DNA of 63,490 nucleotides, the filler included, from Octopus bimaculoides (Eukaryota): the NCBI RefSeq assembly GCF_001194135.2. It is 6 parts of 6 records of this genome, joined end to end, with 100 filler letters (N's around TTAATTAATTAA, not from the genome) between each part and the next. Parts side by side here need not be neighbours in the genome. Positions count along the whole stretch, not along the records: positions 1 to 24,691 come from NC_069005.1; positions 24,792 to 31,682 come from NC_068997.1; positions 31,783 to 44,281 come from NC_068989.1; 3 more parts are not named here. One strand, 5' to 3'. Shown piece after piece: positions 22,919 to 36,905 of the stretch. Below the pieces are notes generated by a model that had not been told where the DNA came from, searched no databases, and was given only the letters and a program-made list of their open reading frames with translations. Numbering within the stretch: the first letter of the stretch is position 1; the number at the start of each line of letters is the position of its first letter. The translations under genes were made by a program, and so were the position numbers.

Positions 22919-24609
22919 GTGAGTAGACAAACGGGAATGCTTTCAAGTCCAACGAATATTTCCCTTCCCAAGTTTGACACCTTTTAAGTCAAATAACATC
23001 GATGGTTCAATCAACAAGAACAGCCGCAGCTGTGTATCAGTGTCATGGGTTGATTTTTCTGCCTCAGTATTGATGAGCAGCATCAGTAACGTTGACAACA
23101 GTAGCACTACCAGAACAAAAGCATCCACAACGAAGTTATAACAAAACTGCCTCAAACGGTTCAGTCATACCAGTAGACGGCGACTCATTTAGAAGGTTTC
23201 CGTAAAATTGTCAAACGAAATGGCCAATGCACTTTTTTTTTAACTGGTACCGATAAAAGAGTTGAATAATCCTAACAAATGCACTTGTAATATAAATGTA
23301 TCAACACGATAACTGGTCGTGTTGTAAATTTAACACATGAACTGACTGTAAAAACGCAAGACACAAGTGAAGCCACAAAACTTTCGCCTCTCATGACAAG
23401 CATTTCAGAACAATAGTTGTGAAATTTACTTGTGAAAAAGAAGCACGTACCCCACTCTAAAAGATTAGGAATTTTCGTTAATTCCTTCTAACACGGAGAA
23501 AAGATTAGCGCGGGTGAAGGTCGAAAATGATCCGTCAGCAATAAAACTAAGGTGGTTGCTGACCACCATAATAGTCAAGGAAGAAGATGATAGGTGTTTC
23601 CTACACAGAAAGATTTCAGTGGAAGAACGGGTGGTCGGTTATTGCTAAAAAAATGTTAGCAACAGAGATAGTTTTAATGCCGAGAGGTAATATTTATCCC
23701 CACTTAAACGTGAATGTTCTGATAGAACAAACTATACTTCAGTAGATAACATGAGAAAAGCTCTCGTATTGGCTTTTGGTATAAAATGCACTCTTGTTTA
23801 TTTCGCTAGCGGGGGGATAAATTTCTGCCATCTCCAGTGCCGAGACTACCAGATCACGTGATTTTGACCTTTCTTGGTCTTATCGGTGATGGATGCTCAA
23901 CAGCTAGAGATAGCAGCGACTCATCTTCACGCCGGCGATACATAGTGAAACAGTGCCAGAACAGATGCTGGTGTCGTCACATAAGAATCTCAAGCCACAA
24001 GTCAGTCATAGTTTGAACGTATGTACAACTGAGATTTTATCCAGTGAATGACCGATGTTCACGTGATAGTTCAGTGGTCCTACAAGAACTTTCCGTGAAC
24101 ACAGCTTATAAATACAATCAATGTTTCCACCAATTTCGCAGTGGAGACATCCGAGGCACCATGGCATTCTCCACTCTTGCCAATTCAGAGTGTTTGGGGT
24201 CAAGTTGTGTTACATTCTCCTAATAGTTGTTCTCGATCGAGGATAATCGAAGAAGACACGTCACGGTACCTGAATATCTACTTGGTATATAAGAAAAAAA
24301 TTAGATACCCCTCCCCCACTCCGGGAGCGTTGCTAACAAATACTTTCTCTACGTCGTATCATGTTGTTTCATCTTATTATTTCCATTAATTGTTATTGCA
24401 TGAACACCTTTGCTATTAATGTAACAAATAAATTATGTTCCGACATAAAAGGAAAAATACCTCTAGTTACAATTGTTCATGTGTTATATTGCACGGGAAT
24501 ATTACTTCTATGGGATGATGGTTTTCTTTTAAACTTTTTCCTATCACACATATGAAAATGGGTGGAGGAAACATTAAGAAAATTCCTTCTTTGCAAAAAA
24601 AGGCTTGTC

Positions 24610-24675
24610 GTGCCAACCAAAGCCTTGTGAGTGGATGTGGATTTAGTAGACGGAAACTTAAAGAACCCTGTCACG
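24610..24675 (+). mobile_element. Family-A SINE body fragment
   Basis: ccaaagccttgtgagtggat..tttagtagacggaaactt.aagaa. Confidence 0.8.
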
Positions 24676-24735
24676 TGCGCATATATATATANNNNNNNNN
24701 NNNNNNNNNNNNNNNNNNNNNNNNNNNNNNNNNNN

Positions 24736-24747
24736 TTAATTAATTAA
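24736..24747. other. Assembly linker TTAATTAATTAA between N runs (also 31727-31738, 44326-44337, 49542-49553, 61822-61833)
   Basis: Identical palindromic 12-mer, always embedded in Ns, giving stops in all six frames. Confidence 0.95.
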
Positions 24748-24806
24748 NNNNNNNNNNNNNNNNNNNNNNNNNNNNNNNNNNNNNNNNNNNNTAATAATAA
24801 TAATTA

Positions 24807-25028
24807 GGTATAGTAAAAAATATTCAAACAAATACATAACAAAAACACCAGGACTTACAAATATATATAACATACAGAAAATTGCACTACTGGGCACTGC
24901 ACACATCCTACGCAAAACACTTTCAATGCAGTAACCATAAGAGCATCATAGCAAACCACAGCACATACCCAAGGCACACAGAGCTGCGCTCAGTAGTGAA
25001 GTGAAAGCACGTTATAAAAATAAAACTA

Positions 25029-25032
<4 letters not shown>
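24807..25032 (+). mobile_element. R4/Dong-like non-LTR retrotransposon 3' end in (TAA)n
   Basis: KYITKTPGLTNIYNIQKIALLGTAHILRKTLSMQ* plus a short 3'UTR. (TAA)n lies on both sides (24792-24803 and 25032-25103). Confidence 0.85.
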
Positions 25033-25103
<71 letters not shown>

Positions 25104-26226
25104 CGTATTTACAATAAAAGAATATACATTTTGGGTGAGAGCTATTAAATGGCCATCCTATCATGTGAATGCAGTCGATCTAGCACAGTATTCGAACACA
25201 AAAACATGAAAGGTAAACTAGACTGCAGAGAATATCCTGACATCGATTCTCTGAGAATTTGCTAAATTTTAATGCAATTATTCTTTCCCTAACATACAAC
25301 TAAGTTTGAGACAGCACCGTCCTTTCCACGTTCTATAAATAAGAATTACTTCTTTCACCACTCACAGATTTCTCTGCTAAAATTAAGGCCTTCTCCAACA
25401 TGCTTCACATAATTTCTACCCTCACACATCCAACCACCCTTCTTTAATAAATATTAATATTAATGCATTTCATTTTGCCATTCTAAATAAAACTTAACTT
25501 TCTCTTGATTGTCTTCAAGCAGAAAGAAAACGTTGTTGGTTGTCAGTTGGTTCCACAGATGAAGGTAATATACAACGATATTTCAATACATATGTCCAAG
25601 AGAAAATAAATAGCTAAATTAATAAATAAGTGTTTCTCAGCTTGTCTAAATAAAAATGCGCCTCACTAATTAAAAGGAAATAGCTAGTTAATAATTCCTA
25701 ATTGATAACTTAAATCTGCTTAATGAAACTCTAAGATTGCTGTGGTTTCCATCACGTGGGCACATACATATTCATTAATTATATCGAATTCTTTTGAAAA
25801 GGAGAAATATGAATTCTTCATAAAATGTCATTTTCGGATATTCTATTCCTTAAAAAGAACTATTCAAAAAAATTGGTTTTATTTTCTGTATTCATTATAC
25901 AATCTGCCAATCATGTTAAAATTTTCAATAATTCTCCAATTTCATAAAAATGAAATGAAATATGAACAACAAAAGGCACCTACATGGATAATTCTAGAAA
26001 TGCTCGTTGATTTAATGAAGGTGAAGTTTAATCAAAGATTTGTTCATAGATACGACAACATACTATCATATTTTTCTCCCGGGTAATAGGGCGTTGTCAC
26101 CAAGGTGATAGCTATTTACTGAAATATCATCGGCAATTATTAACGTGTATATGTGTGTATGTACATTTGAGTGACTGAATGACTCTGTGTGTGTATGTGT
26201 GGGGGAAACATTCTGTGAGTGAGTTT

Positions 26227-26265
<39 letters not shown>

Positions 26266-27139
26266 TGCGTGCAATTATGCATATTAGTATATGTGCATGT
26301 TACATGAATACGCGCATGTGAATTTCTCTCTCTCCCTCTTTAGGATTTACACACACAAACACATACACACGCACGCACACACACACACACACACATACAC
26401 ACAAAATCTACGTGTGCATGAATAAAAGAGATAGTGTCGCATATAAAAGATTACAAGACAGGAAAACTAGAATTATATATTTAAATCGACCACCAGTTAT
26501 GTGAAGTTGATGGTACGATAGTTACTATTGTGGTGTGCATACGTGTGTGTGTGTGTGAGAGAGAGAGAGAGCGAGAAACAGACCGACAGACAGACAGAGA
26601 CAGAAATGTTGCTATGTTCATGTTACTATAGTTTTGTGACAGTTACAATTACTATAAAAATGTTAGAAACTGTAGTTAGGTGACAGTGATGCTGCTATAG
26701 CTATAGCGTTGTTACTATGGTGACACTGATATAGTTGTTTGGCAGAGATGCTATTATAGTTATGTGACAAGGACGTTACTGTAGTGATCATATATATATA
26801 TATATATATATANNNNNNNNNNNNNNNNNNNNNNNNNNNNNNNNNNNNNNNNNNNNNNNNNNNNNNNNNNNNNNNNNNNNNNNNNNNNNNNNNNNNNNNN
26901 NNNNNNNNNNNNNNNNNNNNNNNNNNNNNNNNNNNNNNNNNNNNNNNNNNNNNNNNNNNNNNNNNNNNNNNNNNNNNNNNNNNNNNNNNNNNNNNNNNNN
27001 NNNNNNNNNNNNNNNNNNNNNNTATATATATATATATATATATATATGTATACATATATACATGTATAAATTTCTAATATATCAATTTCTTACATTGACG
27101 TACTTTTATAGAATCTGATAGAATAATTACCAAGCTTTA

Positions 27140-27245
27140 GAAAACCCCCCAGAAAAGACGTATTTGGGTCGATTCATTCGACTAAAAGTTTTTCAAGGCG
27201 GTGCCCCAGCATCGCAGCAGTCTAATGACCAAAACAAATAAAAAA
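27140..27245 (+). mobile_element. Family-A SINE 3' tail
   Basis: gggtcgattcattcgactaaaagtttttcaaggcggtgccccagcat..cagtctaatgac.aaaac. Confidence 0.85.
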
Positions 27246-27972
27246 TATGTAAGGCTGGCGACACAACCTCATAAATTAAAATACGATGATAATCACTTAA
27301 ACGCTGTTGCAAACAAATCAAGTGCAGACAGCAATGAAGCCTTAGCTAACAAAACATTATCTAAACACTGGTTGCAACACTGAAGTAGTCTGGTTCATTC
27401 TGAATACATTACATATGATCTATCAAAATCAGGAGACTTCAGGCTACATAAGCCGACCTTGGTATATATATTGCAAACTCATTTCCTCTTCAAATGGTTG
27501 AAGCCATGACCTCGCCATCAGTCGTCCATACTCCATCCAGCGAGATTTCCATGGTAGTTACAGAGTCATTATCGTTTTGGTTCAGAGAGTATTGGCACTC
27601 ACGTGGTCATATCAGTGCTCACTTGCTGCATGACTCGATCTTGGAAGATTCCATGGCGCTTCTCTAATTCTGGGAGTATATAACTAATGATCAGAATTAG
27701 CAACCGTTATCGATTTTGGTCGTCTTCATTGTGACAGTTAAAATAGTAGGCCAAAATGTATTGATTTTGTTGATTTCGAGCATTGCCCGGGCATGGGCTG
27801 AACATACTGGTCGATTTGAGTTTTTGATGACATATTCCTTAGTGTTACTGATCCCATCCAGCACCCTTCTTGGTCTTTTGAGTTGCATGAGTTTGTTCTG
27901 TATGGTTTCATAGGGTTACTCAAGGTCATCGGGAATAATATATGTTGAATAATTAAGCCTGTGAAATGCTGC

Positions 27973-28158
<186 letters not shown>

Positions 28159-30344
28159 CTGTAGGATGTAGGTTGGACTAGTTCTGCATGTTGTCCAGTC
28201 GTTTATCAATTTTATAGTGAATCACCATATTGTATCTGCTTACAGCTTATTGTACTTAGAGATGATTTGTGTCTTGATTGTATAAATAGACATATAACTG
28301 TAGCCCGACATTTTTTCGACTTGGCCAATTGTATTATTTAAATGGTATTTTTTGAACTTCAGAAGGTAAGGACTTAACTGATTCCAGCAAAATTTGAGAA
28401 GCACAAACTAAATACTGCAATGCAGTGAGTTACGTCATTTTACGTTCTGAGTTCATGTATAACATGATTTGGCTTTCATCTCGCTTTATGACAAATTTAC
28501 AAATCAATATTTTCAGTAACGTCTTACTTTATTTTGTTTCCTTTAAATCTTTGACAATAAGACTAAAAATAAATGAAATATCTCCTGACTAACCATTATG
28601 AGACATAATATATTAGCCAGGGGTGATGAAAACAGTTTCCTGTTGGCTTTTCTAAGAAAAGAGGATTCAGATGTTAGGGGAGGGATTAACTGGTACAGAA
28701 CCGTTCATGCTTTGAATTCTTGCTAAAATATTAATAAAGCTTTATTAGTTGTACACTGCCGAAGCTTGGCCACAACCAAACGGCTGGAACCAACAACCTT
28801 TCATAACTGAAAAATAAAGTCTCTTAAACGCTTTAGTTTCATCATATACTCATTTCTAATATAGACACGAGTACACATCTCCCCTAACAACTAAATCCTC
28901 TGCACTACTTAAGAAATCCACCAGGAAGCTGTTTTTGTCACGAATCTACATATTTTGTGCGTTGCAGGGCAAAAAGAATTAAATGGACTCCTGTACATGA
29001 GTTTATAGACGCTGAAGGATGAAAGACAAAGGTGGTCCAGGTGGGTTTTGAACTTAGAGCTTAAAGATCCATAACAAATACCGCAAATATTTTTGCCCGA
29101 TGCTGTAACGATTCCGCTAGTCCACATCTTGAGAGATAATAATTCCTGATCAATACGGCTTTTATACACTTTTACATCTCTTTCTTTCTCCACCTCTAGT
29201 TTTTCCTTTCACAATTTTCTCTAAAAATTTTCTTCACATTTTGTACTTACTTATCTCCCTTACTTTCATCTTCTTCCTTTACTTTTAACTTTGTTTTGTT
29301 TACTTTTTTCTAATTATGTCTTAATTTTTCTTTTCCCTTTCTTGTTTTTTTCTTCTTTTCTTCCATTTATTTCATTTATTCATTCATTCTCTTCCCAACC
29401 CTCTCCAGTATTTTAGCTCAGTAACTAAGTATTCTTTAAATCTCATTTTTTTTTCTACTTACCCCCTTCATTAATGTTTACCTCTCTCTTTATTTTCCAT
29501 ATTTTACCATTTTACCTACCTGTTTCACTCAGTCACCATTTTCTACATTTCCTTGGGGCTTATCCATTTTACCGCACACCAGCTTTTTCCTCTCATTCTT
29601 CTTTTCCGCATCTTCATTTTCTGTTCCCCACTTTCTGTGTTTTTCTCTATCCTTACCGTTATTGTATACTTGACCCCATTACTTCCAAAGTGTGGTGCAA
29701 AGAAGAACTCTAAATGAAAATGAAATCAATGATTATTATTTTCCGTAATTTACTTCAAATTAGAAGGGAGAGAGCTGTGTGCTGCGTGAAATAGGGGAAG
29801 CTCCGCCGAAGACGTGTCTTGCTTTTCTTTACCACCGTCTTCCTTAACTAATTGTAGCCAGCAGCAGAAAGATTTTTGCATTCATTAATATATTTTTATT
29901 GTGAGCTTGGCAAGTTCTTTGGAAAAGAAAACTAATTGTAATACAATTAGTAGCATTTCGGTCTGTATGACGCGAATTCAGACGACCATGCCAGGCAGAA
30001 CTTAATTACACCTCACGGTATATTTCTCCCTACTTTTTACGAAACCCGTAATTTCAGGGCAAAAGCAATGCAAACAAGAAATCTCTTCATATTCATTTGT
30101 CTGGTAAACTATTCGAATGTTGACTACGTATTTACGTTTGTTTCGCCGTACACAATGGCTTTAATATACACACACATATACATATATAAATACATACATA
30201 CATACTTGTATATATATTCTTACACACACACACACACACACTTACATGCACACACACTTACATGCACACACATATACATACTCACACGTATGTATATATA
30301 AATATATATGTGTGTGTGTGTGTGTGTGCGAATGTGTATGCGTA

Positions 30345-30379
<35 letters not shown>

Positions 30380-32824
30380 ATGCGCGCACGTGTATGTGTG
30401 TCATAATTCGTAACGGCATTGCTTAGAGAAATGGTGATACATGTAATATTGGTAAAGGCACTGTTTATTGCACCAACAATGGAACGACCATATATTTACG
30501 TGTCACAATAGAGATTAACGGAATGGCAGTGTGGAATTCATATATGGTGATAGCCGTAAGAACATTGTGCTGTGGTTCAATGATATAACTTACGTATGGA
30601 ACAAGTTCTGTTGTAGCAATGGATTCTGTTGACCACTCTTCTCATCTCTACAGTGATTAGTGCCGTCATAATTATGTGTTGGCTGTTGATACCTCTCACT
30701 TCGACTTTCTTTGAATTCCAACTGCTGCGAAAAGTGGTTTTACTTTTTGAACACACACACACACACACACTTACGCACACACACGCGCGCGCACACATAC
30801 ACTCACTCACATTCTCTTTCTCCTTTCCACATACATGCAATCATGTATATGTACGTACCTACATACATATGTATGTACACACATACACACACATACATAC
30901 GTTCATACATACACGAACACACACATACATTTATGAAGGATTTCTGTCAGTCTTGATTGACCATTGTAATTACTTCTATGTCTCGATCTAAGAAAGGATT
31001 CTCTATGCAGAAGACTAGCAGTTGCCCAAGCATGAGAATCTCCCCACCACACTATCTCCCTCTCTCCCTCACGCGGGTTTTGCTGTTAGAAAGCGAATGG
31101 ATACCGCAAGGCATCTCGTTCGACGTTCTAACATGCCCGCCTATCCACGGCTTTCGACCACGAAAGGATGGAAGGCAAAGTTGAATATGGGTGTCATTTG
31201 TTCCCACAACGCAGAGAATCGGAACAAAAGATACCGGAAGTCATTACTCTTCAACGTTTTTTTTTATTAATTCGCCTTACATACATACGTACATATATAC
31301 TTACTTACATACATGCATACATATATACATATGCACACACATGTTAGCCTTTGTATACTTATACAACCATAAGCACGCCCATATAATTGCTGTCTATTCG
31401 TTAAACGACTCTCACTGGTGACTAGAAAACTGTGCTTGCGAAATTAGTTTACACTGTTCAAGCGAAATTTAAGCCGAGACCAGTTTTGCGCAATACCGCA
31501 ACGACTCCCATTTCAAAAGGCGATGTACATAGAGACATGAAGCATAAAGATCTAACAGGTGCTCCATTCTAACGCGAAAATTTTAAATACCCTCAAAATT
31601 ACTAGATTGCTATTGGGTTAATCGTTCTTTTGATGGGAGGTTGCTTTTGTCTTGCTAGATTTCTTGCAACCTTTCTTATCAGNNNNNNNNNNNNNNNNNN
31701 NNNNNNNNNNNNNNNNNNNNNNNNNNTTAATTAATTAANNNNNNNNNNNNNNNNNNNNNNNNNNNNNNNNNNNNNNNNNNNNATAAGGATACTGAAGGAA
31801 AATATAATTGCTATGATGATAATGATGACGATGGTGGCTGTGTGGGTAGTAGTGGTGGCATTGGTGAATAGGAAGAGGAAGACACTGGTGATGGTGGCAA
31901 TAATAATAATAATGCTGATGATGATTACGATGTTGATGGTGATTATAGTGATGCTTACAATAATGTCGGTGGTGCAGGAGTTGACAGTGTTGAAAACGAA
32001 AAAAAGAAAACGAAAAAAAGTAAGAAAGAGAAGAAGAAGAAGAAGAAGAAGAAGAAGAAGAAGAAGAAGAAGAAGAAGAAGAAGAGACGGGAAATGAAAA
32101 ATAGACGAAATGTGCGTTTACCAAGGAATGTATTTTCAACAAATATATACATACACAGATACATACATGGATATATATTCGCACATACGTACATATATAT
32201 GAGTGTGTGTGTATGTATATATATATATATGTATATATATGTATATATATATATATATGATACAAATGATATATGAGCATATGCATGTATACATACATGT
32301 ATGTACATACCTACATCTACATGTATATATAGATGCATATCCGTGTACAGGACGTCAAAAAAGGAACGGGAACATAAAGCACAAAAACGGACTTCTTTTT
32401 TTACAGACAGCAGAATGAACACATAGGAAAACAGACGAGACACTTATGGAACTTTTCCTTCATAAGCTNNNNNNNNNNNNNNNNNNNNNNNNNNNNNNNN
32501 NNNNNNNNNNNNNNNNNNNNNNNNNNNNNNNNNNNNNNTATATATAACTGAATTTTGGTACCCATGTGCATATGTATATAAATACTTATGTGTGCGTGTG
32601 TGTGTGTTCGTGTGTGTGTGTTCGTGTGTGTGTGTTCGTGTGTGTGTTCGTGTGTGTAGGCAGACAGGTAAGTAAACTTGGTAGGCAAGTGGGTAGGTAA
32701 GTAGGAATATAAACGAACGACAGAAAGTAGCGGACAGAACATGTAGTTGGAGTTTTGATTGTTTATAGCAAGTTGACTCAGTACCTTATTACTTAAGCAC
32801 ACATAGATGCATGCGCATATACAT

Positions 32825-32855
<31 letters not shown>

Positions 32856-33426
32856 CACATACACACACGCACACAATACATTAACACATACGCACACAGA
32901 CTCAAACAAATTCGTGTTAATCGTCGATTTATAAATCTATGCATAACACTATAAGATCACAAGGACAATTTTGTCCAATTTGTAAATTCCTCAATCCAGC
33001 AAAAAACGAAGTTGGGATACCCAGGGAAGGTATATTAAATTCTATAAATACAAAAATAATGCTCGAAAAATCTAATTGACCACGATAGAAATGCATTAGT
33101 GCCACAACCAAATTCCTTGAAAACTAAGGGATCGCGGAACCTGAAATGTTATGGACAGTCACCCCATACGTGGGTGGAGCTGAAATTTACAGAGTATGTT
33201 TGACTGAGAAATTTCAGATATTGAGATAGCAGCTAGTGTTATTGTTGATCAAAAGATATGAGATACTGTTATCCTGTCGTCACTGAAGACAATTTCTCCT
33301 GCATACTTTCATTCATTTGGAGAACCCGCTGTATTTGTAAAACCTTGTAAAGCCATCGAAATCTGCATACCAAAATTGATTGAGAATAGTTCTTCTGATA
33401 AACGCAGATTACTCACTCTTAGTGTT

Positions 33427-33503
33427 TCAACCAGTAGCGGCATCAGTATAATCCGGGGGTGACACTTCATACTCGCTGGTAGATCCCCCCAAATGTAAAT
33501 CAA
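33427..33503 (-). CDS. Candidate terminal exon (DLHLGGSTSEYEVSPPDYTDAATG*)
   Basis: T-rich acceptor ttttatttttgttaaacattAG and a PPxY-containing C-terminus in phase 1. No homology recognised. Confidence 0.3.
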
Positions 33504-33944
33504 CTAATGTTTAACAAAAATAAAACCATTTGTCTCAATGGATTTTATTTTTGGCGTGAAAATGCGTGTAACACGGAAAGAATCCTCATCAAACTCATAA
33601 TATATTTATATACTCTACATCATGTACTGCGTATTCTTTCGTTTGTAAACAAATTCATTTATGTATCTGCGTGTGTATATATGTGTGCATGTATATGAGT
33701 ATGAGTCTGTCTATATAGGTGTATGTGTCCGTGTGTGTTTGTGTGTCTCAGTGCATGAGTAAGTATGTATGTGTATTACAAGATGCAGAAATCCCAAACC
33801 CAGATTTATGATTCGTGAAGAAAATACTGGAAGTGTGGTGGCGGTGGTTATTGCGGTACCGGTGATTGATGGTGTACTACATAAGGCACACTTATAATGT
33901 TCGTGCTGTGGTAATCATAAATGGTCATGAATCGTAACTGCGAT

Positions 33945-34032
33945 GTCATCACCATCACCACCACCACCACTACCACCAGCACCAGCACCAGCACCAGCAC
34001 CATCACCATCATCATCATCATCGTCGTCGTCG

Positions 34033-34074
<42 letters not shown>

Positions 34075-34412
34075 ACACCACCACCACCACCACCACCACC
34101 ACCACCATCCTTAATCATCATCATCATCATAGACATTATCATCACCGTCATCATCAATGTTGCCTTCGCCGTTCTCGTCGTAGTCATCGTCATTATCGCT
34201 GCCATGGTTACCATCAGTATGATCTCCACTTCCACCTCTTTATCATTGTCATCATCGTCCATATCACGATCATTCGTTTCCTCCTCATCCTCCTTATCAT
34301 CATCATCATCCTCATCATCATCCTCATCATCATCCTCATCATCATCCTCATCATCATCACATCGTCGTCGTCGTCATGATCCTCCTCCTCCTCCTCCTCC
34401 TCCTCCTCCTCC

Positions 34413-34447
<35 letters not shown>

Positions 34448-34600
34448 GTCATCATATCATCATTAACACCACCACCAACATCACTACCGTCATCGTAGTC
34501 GTCGTCATCGTCGCATCATCAACATCACCTTCACGATCATCATTATCATCATCATCGTCATCATCATTATTGACAACGTCGAAGTCATTGTCGGCATCAT
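33945..34600 (+). repeat. Compound trinucleotide tract (CAC/CAG/CAT/CGT/CCT)
   Basis: Direct reading. It produces homopolymer ORFs in several frames. Confidence 0.95.
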
Positions 34601-34927
34601 CAGTATTACAATGGCTCTAGAAAGTATACCGGAAGTGGAAATAACGACATTACCGTGGTGTCATGGCTGACAATAAGAAGGAATGATATTGGGGGTGGGT
34701 GTATCGATGCTGGTTGGTGAATAAAGAGTGTGACATTATTGTTGTTGTTGTTTGGGTCCATAAGTTCGGTACCGGTCCAAACCCTGTCGCAATATGCAAA
34801 ATACGAATATCATCTCTCTGAAATTAACTATAAACAAGCTGTACGGATGTATGTGTGTATGTATGCATGTACGTATGTTTGTATGGATGGCTGGATGGCT
34901 AGAGGGTATGTATGTATATATATGTGT

Positions 34928-34991
<64 letters not shown>

Positions 34992-34992
34992 A

Positions 34993-35373
34993 TGGCGTAG
35001 CTGTGTGGTAAGAAGCTTGCTTACCAACAACATGGTTCCGGGTTCAGTCCCACTATGCGGCAACTTGGGCAAATGTCTTCTACTATAGCCTCGGGCCGAA
35101 CAAAGACTTGTGAGTAGACTTCGTAGACGGAAACTGAAAGAAGCCCGTCGTATATATAATATATATATGTTTGTGTGTCTGCGTTTGTTTCCCCACCACC
35201 ATCGCTTGACAACCGATGGTGGTGCGTTTACGTCCCCGTCACTTAGCGGTTCGGCAAAAGACACCGATAAAATAAGTACTAGGCTTACAAAGAGTAAGTT
35301 CTGGGGTCGATTTGTTCGACTAAAGGCGGTGCTCCAGCATGGCTGCAGTCAAATGACTGAAACAAATAGAAGA
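34993..35373 (+). mobile_element. Family-A SINE, full length, CpG-retaining
   Basis: tggcgtagctgtgtggtaagaagc..ggttcagtccc..gacggaaactgaaagaagcccgtcg..aaggcggtgctccagcatggctgcagtcaaatgactgaaac. Confidence 0.93.
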
Positions 35374-35878
35374 ATATACATGCATATGTGTATGTATGAC
35401 TGATTGACTGATTGGATGGATGGATGGATGAACAGATGGATGGTTTGAAGGACATGTATGCATACATATATCCATGTATAATATATAGATAACCAGCTTG
35501 CTATATGTTTATGTATCTCTAACATTTCCTCAACGTATCTCAATGCGCGCCTGTCTTCCTATTTGTCAATATCTCTATCTACATGTCTAATTCCCAATAT
35601 TTATACTATCAGTATAACTATATGTCTATCTAACTACTTGTCTATTATATTATCTCACTCCCCACTCTATCTTCCCCTCCGTAAATAAGCTATAAAATAA
35701 CTTTTTTCAGCTTATCGAACTTTGATATGGGAAAAATTTACAACCTTCTGCGCCAACAAAACCCCTATTGTTCCTGAAAGTTGTTTTTTTCATACTTTGA
35801 ATGGACTGCTTAAAGCTTACTAAATTCCCACACTTTGATCCTTGGATCTTACTTTCACATACACAACCACACACACAA

Positions 35879-35942
<64 letters not shown>

Positions 35943-36023
35943 NNNNNNNNNNNNNNNNNNNNNGTGTTTTCATAATATATAGACGCATACAGTTATGTGT
36001 ATTTCTATTTATCTATCTATCTA

Positions 36024-36116
<93 letters not shown>

Positions 36117-36152
36117 TTATCTATCTATCTATTTATCTATCTATATGCTAAC

Positions 36153-36299
36153 GTAAGCACATGAATGTGAAACAAGGTGGGGATAAATAGTACTGGAATA
36201 CCGGAGGTAGAGTAATAGGTTCGTCTAAACTGTCCGACGAACGGGAACGTGAAACTCTGAGTAGCAGTTTTTTGTGATATTTTTGTGGTGTTCTTGTAG
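36153..36299 (-). CDS. Candidate internal exon (TRTPQKYHKKLLLRVSRSRSSDSLDEPITLPPVFQYYLSPPCFTFMCL)
   Basis: 147 nt, phase 1-1, AG acceptor and GTTAG donor, open frame. The splice sites are weak. Confidence 0.2.
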
Positions 36300-36549
36300 C
36301 TTTAGTAATAAAGCATATATATATATATATATGTTCTTATTTCTAGATTTCTCGCCAATGGTGAAAGACCTTGTTTTTAACCAAGATCGAAGCCTCCATG
36401 GAAATTTCAATAACATGGGATTCTTGTCCTTATATGTGTGTATATGTGCAAGGATTTGGTGTTAGTACATGCGTAAATCTGTATGTTTTATTTTGTGTAT
36501 GTGCACTCATGCATATAGATGCGTGTATAAACTCTTGCATATGTACTTA

Positions 36550-36600
36550 TCTGTTAAACTTTTGAAAAGTTTTACAGATTTTGACAATTCCATTGATGAC
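36550..36600 (-). mobile_element. Short 3'-end fragment of the REL-type LINE seen at 39545-39900
   Basis: Encodes GIVKICKTFQKF, matching GTVKNLKNF/VKIC..F at ~39550-39585. Confidence 0.6.
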
Positions 36601-36728
36601 TTGTGCGTATATGTCTATGGACATATGTATGCACATCTCTGTATGTGTACATATAAAGATAGATGAAGAAGCTTCTTCATTTTTTCCCAATGTTTTCTCT
36701 TCAATATTTTATATCATATTCAAGAATA

Positions 36729-36905
36729 AAGAGATGAGCTGACAGAATCGTTATGGCGCCTGGAAAAATGCTTAGCGGTATTTCTTCCGGGTCTTTTCAT
36801 TGTGAGCTCAAACTTTCTAGTAGTGATAGACTTTGCATTTCATTCTTTTGGGGATCGATAAAATGAGTACCAGTTTAGCGCTGGGGTCGATATTATCAAC
36901 TTTCT
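36729..36905 (+). mobile_element. Family-B SINE
   Basis: gagctgacagaatcgtta..aaatgcttagcggtatttc..gatcgataaaatgagtaccag..ctggggtcgat. Confidence 0.8.

Noticed and set aside
24140-24215. Tc1 transposase fragment (PWHSPLLPIQSVWGQ)
   Set aside because: Resembles WP..SPDL.PIE.VW but is too short and divergent to call.
24736-24747. Recurrent TTAATTAATTAA palindrome as a biological motif
   Set aside because: Always embedded in N runs and encodes stops in six frames, so it is a scaffolding linker.
31785-32100. Acidic then Lys-rich reading frame (DDNDDDGG..EKKKTKKSKKEKKK)
   Set aside because: In-frame TAG, decayed GAT/AAT/AAG microsatellite character, and no splice support on the visible side.
33915-34620. 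Poly-S/P/H/D/I ORFs
   Set aside because: Open in several frames on both strands because of trinucleotide repeats.
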